DNA of 40,105 nucleotides from Macrostomum lignano (Eukaryota): NCBI GenBank assembly GCA_002269645.1, contig NIVC01004635.1, positions 1 to 40,105 of the forward strand, read 5' to 3'. Shown piece by piece: positions 33,481 to 40,105 of this stretch (position 1 is its first letter; each line of letters starts with the position of its first letter). The notes under the pieces were generated by a model. It saw only the letters and a program-made list of their open reading frames with translations, ran no database searches and was not told where the DNA came from. The position numbers and the translations under genes were made by a program.

Positions 33481-34038
33481 TTATATACCCTTGGGCGGAG
33501 GGTGGGGTGGCTGGGCGTTTTTGTTATAGTCTTCTTTAACGACACTTTCCGGTGTTGGAAATCCGGAAAAAATAAACCTTTTGTTTCGATCTTCTGGTCG
33601 AGGGGTTTGAGGCGTGTCGTTAATGCAGCTGCAGTGAGGGTTGATAGTCAACTTCGCTAGCACTGGTCTACTGTGTTTAGGTCGCCAAATCCTTTGGTGT
33701 TCCGTCCACGAGGGAGCAATCGGCTGGTGATTCCGGTACCGTATTTTCTCACGATGATCCTCTTGTAATATTGGGGCAATTATCTGCTCCATTCTTTGAA
33801 GATTGGCTTTGAAATGCATCTTGTCTCTAAAGTAGTAGTCAATTCGGGCATCTGTATATTCTTGGGTGCTGTAAGGCCCTTGCCCAATTTCGTCTACCTC
33901 GACATTAAAGGTGACTAATCGTTCGGGAATTGGTTTGCCGTGACAAATGCATAACCAGTCTGTGGACTTTTTCAGGGTCTCGTACTCTGCCCTTTCTTTG
34001 CTCGATAAAAGCGGGTAGTCTCGAGAAATCCAGCTCAT
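33481..34038 (-). CDS. Hypothetical 185-aa protein with CICH and HCSC motifs
   Basis: ATG overlaps the upstream stop (ATGA) and the stop overlaps a TATA motif, so it is probably a real gene. Function unknown. Confidence 0.7.
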   Translation of the reverse strand: MSWISRDYPLLSSKERAEYETLKKSTDWLCICHGKPIPERLVTFNVEVDEIGQGPYSTQEYTDARIDYYFRDKMHFKANLQRMEQIIAPILQEDHREKIRYRNHQPIAPSWTEHQRIWRPKHSRPVLAKLTINPHCSCINDTPQTPRPEDRNKRFIFSGFPTPESVVKEDYNKNAQPPHPPPKGI

Positions 34039-34388
34039 TCCTCTGACTCGTCAGATTCGTCGAGAAAGAAATAGTGGAAGAAATTGTCGACTCTATTCTT
34101 TTCAACTGCACAAAGTATTTTGTCTGACAGGTGAAATTCGCAGTCTCCTTTTACGTACAGGCGCTTCCCGTCGATAACTTTGATAGATGCGCCGCCTCCG
34201 AGATCGTAATCTGTGCAGCTAGTGCCCAGAAATTTCATTCGATGCCATTGTGCTCGACTAAACACGGCTCCTGGACAGCTACAGTTTTGACAGTGGATGC
34301 GGAAACGCGGTTTGTTTGGGTCCCAATATCCCACTTCCAGCACTGCGTTGTCAACGTGGGTGTACACTATTTCCGATTGCCAGTACAT
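34035..34388 (-). CDS. Small protein, possibly PC4-like ssDNA-binding, with an acidic tail
   Basis: GAVFSRAQWHRMK resembles PC4 GISLNPEQWSQLK; C-terminus DESDESEE. First ATG at 34388. Confidence 0.45.
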   Translation of the reverse strand: MYWQSEIVYTHVDNAVLEVGYWDPNKPRFRIHCQNCSCPGAVFSRAQWHRMKFLGTSCTDYDLGGGASIKVIDGKRLYVKGDCEFHLSDKILCAVEKNRVDNFFHYFFLDESDESEE

Positions 34389-34422
34389 TTCGATATTGTT
34401 GAGAAATACCAATTTTATTTAT

Positions 34423-35202
34423 TTATAGGCTGCCGTCTGAACAGATTTCCAACCATTCCCTCCACTGTAGAACGGTTCTCTCAATTGATAAAAGTAAATA
34501 CGCCGCTAGGAGCCCCCGGTTGCTGCTGCGCGCTTCGTAAAGACAGTTGAGATATGTGTCTCTATTTGCATACGCAAATGATACGGGTTCTGGCAGAATC
34601 CGGTTGATCAACTTTGATAATAACAACCTAGCAGTTCTACCATTGCCGTCGCTAAAGGGGTGTATGGTGAGAAACTTTTCTAGGAAATATGCTCCTGTCA
34701 CTACTGCATCACGCAAGATTTGTGGCTCTTTTATGTCTCTAGTTAATTTTACCAGCTGCCGTTCAATATTTTCTGGGGCACTGTAATACATACTCGCGCC
34801 TGCTGGCTTGGCGTGCTTAATTCTATACGATCCTGCATTCGGGAGCAGTCCTCTGCACACGCGTGTGTGAACTTGTCTAACAAACTCTGTGTCAATTAAC
34901 CCCCTCGTGTCATTGAGGTGTATTGCCGCACTCCATAGATTGGCTGTGACCATACAGGACCGGGTTTTTATCGCTTCTTCTGCTTCCTCCCAAGTCAACG
35001 CCACCTCTCTCTCCTCAATGTTTACTTCAGTTACGAATGCCAGCCGGGCTAGATACGTGAATTCTAAGCGCTCCTTTGCGGTCAATCCCTCGATTCTTTT
35101 CCTAGTGTCTGATAACAATCTTTCAATGAGGGGTAATCTGGCGCGCACGCTCTCGTTGCTGAAATAGGGGTTATCAGTTATACCCTCTTCCATGTTCTCC
35201 AT
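34423..35202 (-). CDS. Fic/Doc-domain protein (putative AMPylase)
   Basis: Canonical HPFSDGNGRTAR motif, YRIKHA flap and FVRQVHTRVC helix. First ATG at 35202. Confidence 0.92.
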   Translation of the reverse strand: MENMEEGITDNPYFSNESVRARLPLIERLLSDTRKRIEGLTAKERLEFTYLARLAFVTEVNIEEREVALTWEEAEEAIKTRSCMVTANLWSAAIHLNDTRGLIDTEFVRQVHTRVCRGLLPNAGSYRIKHAKPAGASMYYSAPENIERQLVKLTRDIKEPQILRDAVVTGAYFLEKFLTIHPFSDGNGRTARLLLSKLINRILPEPVSFAYANRDTYLNCLYEARSSNRGLLAAYLLLSIERTVLQWREWLEICSDGSL

Positions 35203-35277
35203 ACAGAGGGTTTTGTACACTGCTTCTATTTATGGTTGCATTAACACGTTGCTCGCGGCCTGTCTGTCCCTCTGCAG

Positions 35278-35921
35278 CCTGGGGGGCTCTCTATCACTCA
35301 CCGCCGGTCTGTCCCTCTACCACCCCGGCCTGGGGAAGCTCTCTGTCCCTCCGTGTGACTCACACTCCCTCTCTGTCCACGCCGCGTGCTGCGACATGCC
35401 AGGGCAGCGCAGGGTGCCTCCACGCACTCTCTGTCCCAGCACCCCGTGTCTCTTTGTACCCCACCTCATACTGCTACAGGGGCCGCCTGTTATCTGTCCC
35501 TTGCTACAGGGGGATGGCGGCTCTCCACGCACTACCCCTCCTGCTACAGGGGCTGCTCTCTGTCCCCCGCATGGGGGGCCGGTTGCTCAGTGTACAGGGC
35601 TGCGTCAGCATCGGGGGTTTCCTTCCTACACTAACCGCGTGCACACGACATTGGTGGGAGGGGCGGGAATCCCCCCGCCGGATGTACACCCCGAGGGAGG
35701 CCCATGCGCTGAAGGTACACTCGCTGGACGCCCAGCCGGCCGGATGTACACTCGCGGGAGGCCCACCCCGCTGGAGGTACACTCGCTGGACACCCACCCC
35801 GCTGGAGGTACACCCCGGGGGAGGTGGTACACCCCGAGGGAGCACCTTGCCGCGGTGCTAGAGGCCGACATCAGCCCGACGGACCTTCGCAAAATCGCGC
35901 CATACGGAATCCCTTAGTAGT
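35278..35921. repeat. Right terminal inverted repeat (~644 bp)
   Basis: Reverse complement of the left TIR; ends CTTAGTAGT. Confidence 0.95.
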
Positions 35922-35927
35922 TACGCA
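35922..35927. other. Right 6-bp target-site duplication TACGCA
   Basis: Matches 25386-25391. Confidence 0.93.
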
Positions 35928-36650
35928 CGATGTACTCAAATAATATATCTCCGCCAAACCCCCAAAATTTTCACCTCTGTTTAAGTTAGAAAATATAAAA
36001 GCTGAATTCTGGGCTGCGACCGCCCTAACTTCGTTTTCTTTATCGTCAGCCAAAATCAATTATTGGTTTATTCTTTATGGCGCCCAAACAAAAAGTACAA
36101 CAAACAATTTAAAACTATTGCGGCCTACAGAAGCTCAAGCTAGTGCAACTGCACTGAATCTCTAGCGCAGCGATATTTCACGTTCCGCACGGGGCTGCTA
36201 TGTTGGCTATCGGCGAAGCGCAGTCATCGGAATAAGCAGCAGCTCGCGGCCTCCGGATCGCTGCAGCGGTGGTCCCGTCAACGGTATTCCGGTCCCTCGG
36301 GTTCCACGAGCAACCTTCAGCCAGGCCCTCTCTGATCGATGTCGAACAGTCCTTGCGTTGATGAGTATCGTAACTGTTTCTCCTTTTACATTACGTTTTT
36401 TGCGCATCTCGTTAACATTATTGACAGTTATACGTATAGTTAATAGCTGATCGTTAAATTTTTCAAACTCTTGAATTTTAGAGTTTCTCTTAACAAATTT
36501 ACTCGTATTTTTTTGCTTTTTGCATTCGCTTGTCTTCGTGTTCACTCGTAGTGTTATCCTGCAGTCTGCTTCTTTTTTTGGGCTGTCCGTCTTCAAGTTC
36601 TCAGTGTCGGGAGTTCTTGGCTTTAGCAGCATCTCCCAATTCAAGTCGTC

Positions 36651-39600
36651 ATGGTTCTCAGTGAAGACGAGCTATCTTCAGCAGTCAGGAAGCGTGCAGG
36701 TATCCGCGCGGCGATCACGAAGGCTGTTGGAAAGGCTGACCATCTTCTCTCCGTGGATATTGGTCGAGCTGCTAATCGTGCGGATGCGGAGGCAACTGTG
36801 CAGATTCTGAAGTCGAAATTGACGGCAGTGCAAGCATTGGATGAAGCCATAGAGGAGTCTGTAGCTGAAGAGGGGCTGGATGCTGAAGTGGAAGAGAATC
36901 AAACTTATTCGATGAAGTGTATCAGCTTAATCAAGATGCTGGAAGCAACTTTCAATAGTCAACAATCGCCGGAGGAGTCAGCGGCCAAAAGTCATTCCGT
37001 AGAGTCCGGTCGCAGATCAAGCTTCCCAAGAGGCAAATCCCGACATTCACTGGGGAGATTTCGGCGTGGCAGTCATTTTGGGATCAGCTCAACTCTTCCA
37101 TACATCGCAACTCTAGCCTGTCAGATATAGACAAGTTCAACTATCTCGTCAGCTCTCTGTCCGACTCAGTCAAGGCAAGCATTCGAGGCCTGTCAGTCAC
37201 GGCGGCCAATTATTCAATAGCCTTAGATATTTTGCGAGAGCGCTACGGAAAGAAAGAAATCATAGTCAAGGACTTAATGCACAAGATATCTGAACTTCGT
37301 CTTCAGGACTTATCTCTAAAGTGTCTTCAGCAGTTTCACGACGACACAACTGCCAGCATGCGCAGCCTGGAGACTCAGGGTTGTAGTGTGAGCATCTTTT
37401 GTGAATTCTATTAGCTAGTTTCTATATTGTTGTTAATAATAATTATTTTTCTTTAATTTAGTTACGCGGTCTAATGTACTTTTTCTTGTTAGTTAGAGTT
37501 TACTTTGCGTAAACAGGGTAAAAGTCAGACGCCAATTCTGTGACTCAGCGGAGGGTTGAAGTTTCTGCAAACCCCAGCTTTGCGCGGCCAGCCAATCAGA
37601 ACCGGCCTGGACCCTGGCACGCGGCAAAATCCAACTCTACCCGGCGCCGCGGGCTCAGTGCAATTCAGCTTAGCAAGCGGCCGGCCAGACGACCACCACC
37701 CGGCTTGAGGGGGTTTTGAGGGGTCTGACAATGACTATATATGAAAGTGTGTTTGGCGGTCGGATCTCACCCCTTTTTTTCCCGCTTCCGGTTTTGTTCC
37801 AACTTCCCGGCCGTTTTGCCCTATTTTGGTTCCGCGCTTTGAGGCGCTCAATTTCATCACCCCCGGTCCGTGTTTACTCACTGCCGACCGCTTCAGTCTT
37901 GTAGCGTAACGTCTCGGCAATCCTTGTCTGAAGTCGTCGCTATTAAGCGCGGTCTAGATAGAGACTGACGGATTCGATCAAGTACGTGGCCTCGACCCCG
38001 AGGGAAGTGTCACACTGAAGGGCAGCGCTGATAGAACTTAGTCAGTGCTCCGCTGAACAGTCGATTCGTCAGGGCTCTCGTTCGAGCGTAGGTTCTGGGT
38101 TAGGCCAGTGTTTAGGAATCTTCTCCGTGGTCCTGTTCGGTTTTTCTTCTTCAAGCTGAGATCCGCTCGCCAGTGCGTTATCTAACTAATTAATTGATTA
38201 TTATCGTTATTGTTCGTTTATCAGTGCTCGGAATTTAATTGCGTTGCGAAATTGTAGTAAGGATTGTAATCAACTTGACGTCATTTAATTAAATCGTCTG
38301 AGTCCATTACTCATTAGCTATTCTTACTAGGATTATCACTCTCTAAATCTATTCGGATCGTTTTCACCTGTGTTCTTCCTTTTCTTGTACCGTACTGCGA
38401 CTATTTGAGAAAGATTGGTAGAACTCGCCGACCGGCGATAGGCAATAGGGCCAATAGTTTTAAAATCTCTGAACGCTCCAAAAATAGGTTTGTCTAGGGC
38501 CTAAACTATTGCTTTTCGTGCATGCTATTTATTTAATTGTATTTATCACAGGGTGTTGCCGCGGAATCGTATCAGTGTCTGCTGGTGCCAAGTCTAATGA
38601 ACAGGTGCCCTGCTACATTCGACTCGACTTGATTCGGTCAGCTCAACTTCAGGGAAAACTATTGACACGCTTGGCAGCTTTCTGTGTTTTTTGAAGAATG
38701 AAATTTCTGTGCATGAGTCCGCTGGATCGCAGCTCAGCCACAAGTCAACTTCACAAGCATCTCATTCAGAGTCAAAGCAAGCTTCAAACTCATCAATGTC
38801 AATGGCATCAACACTGGTAGCAGTGCAACCGAAAGCACCAGACGCTACGAAAAAAATGTTTTGCACCTATTGCAAAGCTTTGCATCATTCGGAAATTGCG
38901 TGGAGTTCCCGACCGTGGCGTGGCGTGGACAATTTCTGGTGAAAGAGAAGCGGTGCTTCAAGTGCCTGCGGCCTGGTCACATGGTTCAACAGTGTCGCGA
39001 TCCGCGGAAATGCCGTGATTGCTCCGGCAAGCATCACGTAAGCATCCGTGCTCAAGGCGTGTCTCGTAAAAAATCTCCACCTAAAGGTGAACGCCACAAC
39101 GGCTTCTGGTTCCTCCGACAGCAAAGACAGCAAGGGTTCCTCCGGCTCAAAAAATCGATCTCAGTGTCTCACAGTTACGGCCGACGATGAGGCCTCTCGT
39201 TCACGTCCTTCGTCTTCAGACTTGCATGGCTCGGAAACAAGGACCACATCATCACAGTTGGAAGCCAGCTCGCTCGTCATGTCAATGTTTATCTCTGAAA
39301 ATCCCTCGTAGCGCTACCAGTTGCCAAAGCTATTCTCTTGAGCGCCGACGGTCGCAGAGAAATGATGGTGCGCGTCCTTCTCGAAACAGCAAGTAATCGT
39401 AGTTATATTCGAAAGGATGTTTGTGAGGCTATGGGTTTTGGTGCGGAAATGACTGAAAATCTGAGTGTCTCATCCTTCTCTGGCCTCAACACAGACATTT
39501 AATCGGGCTGTGTAAGGTTTTCGTAGCGCAAACTCGATTCCTTTGAGACAGTTGAACTCCAGGCAAACATTGTTGAGACTATTTGTCAACCACAGCGATC

Positions 39601-40105
39601 TGTGAGGGTCAATGAATTCCAACATCTATCCAGCTTGGATCTGGCCGATCCGTATGACCACGCGACGGACATACTCCGATTTCGATACTGATTGGATCAG
39701 ATTTCTTTTATCAAATCGTCGGCGACGAGGTTATTCGTGGATCCCATGGTCCCGTTGCGATTTCTTCAAAGCTTGGTTATGTGCTCTGCGGACCATTGAC
39801 GCTTAGTATCTCAAAGTGCGATTCGGAACGATCATCGGATTTACAAAGTGTCCAGGAGGTCAACTGCGCGAATACAGCAGCAGTTTGCTGCTTTGTCAAT
39901 GGCCAAATATCTGTCTCGAAGTCCTTAAATGACGATTTCACTTCTCTTTGGAGGTTGGACTCAATCGGGATTCTAGATGACCCACAACCTGTTTCGTCCG
40001 ACGTCTTTCCCTTGCAACCCGCAGCGCATGAGGGGACGATATTCTGTGCAGTTGCCTTGGCGTTTCTCCAAGGAGACGATTAGCCTGCGTGACCATTTCA
40101 ATGTA
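36651..40105 (+). mobile_element. Degenerate Bel/Pao LTR retrotransposon (gag with DUF1759-like region, three zinc knuckles, aspartic protease); runs past the window end
   Basis: Frameshifted gag pieces: KLPKRQIPTF..WQSFWDQFNSSIH...KFNYL...NYSIALDILRERYG; CTYC...; CFKCLRPGH..QC...CRDCSGKHH. Degenerate protease VRVLLETASNRSYI; LWRLDSIG. Multiple indels and stops. Confidence 0.85.
37382..38550. mobile_element. 1,169-bp solo LTR (TGT...ACA) with 4-bp TSD GGGT, nested in the Bel/Pao gag
   Basis: GGGT at 37378-37381 and 38551-38554. Removing the insert restores gag ...LETQG-VAAESYQCLLVPSLMNR. CCAAT near 37592 and TATATA near 37736 inside. Confidence 0.8.

Larger units (their letters stand above)
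25392..35921 (-). mobile_element. TIR- and TSD-bounded Maverick/Polinton (adintovirus-like) endogenous virus, 10,530 bp, lacking pPolB
   Basis: ACTACTAAG...CTTAGTAGT termini, ~650-bp near-identical TIRs, 6-bp TSD. Integrase, MCP, mCP, protease and ATPase present, all genes on the minus strand. No DNA polymerase ORF and no room for one. Confidence 0.95.

Noticed and set aside
36078-36090. TGGCGCCCAAACA resembling a tRNA-Lys primer-binding site for the Bel/Pao element
   Set aside because: Partial match only, not preceded by a clear LTR-terminal CA, and the 3' LTR is outside the window.

Overview
Animal (metazoan) genomic DNA with spliceosomal introns; the repeat-rich style suggests a flatworm such as Macrostomum, but this is unverified. 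There are three host genes: a 3-exon N-acylated globin X-like gene (minus strand), a 4-exon MCFD2 orthologue head-to-head with it, and a 3-exon secreted fibrinogen-domain gene. The globin's 13-kb first intron holds a 15-bp satellite array split by a 5'-truncated RNase H-bearing LINE. The main feature is a 10,530-bp Maverick/Polinton (adintovirus-like) endogenous virus at 25392-35921, bounded by ~650-bp TIRs and a 6-bp TSD (TACGCA). It encodes an integrase, major and minor capsid proteins, a cysteine protease, a packaging ATPase and core proteins, but no protein-primed DNA polymerase B. Next to the right TIR it instead carries a Fic-domain enzyme, a PC4-like protein, a Cys/His ORF, a putative SSB and a TATA-binding-protein-like ORF. 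Most of its gene starts are preceded by a TATAAATA-type motif. The window ends in a decayed Bel/Pao retrotransposon interrupted by a 1.17-kb solo LTR. Family assignments come from motif recognition by eye; no database search was run.
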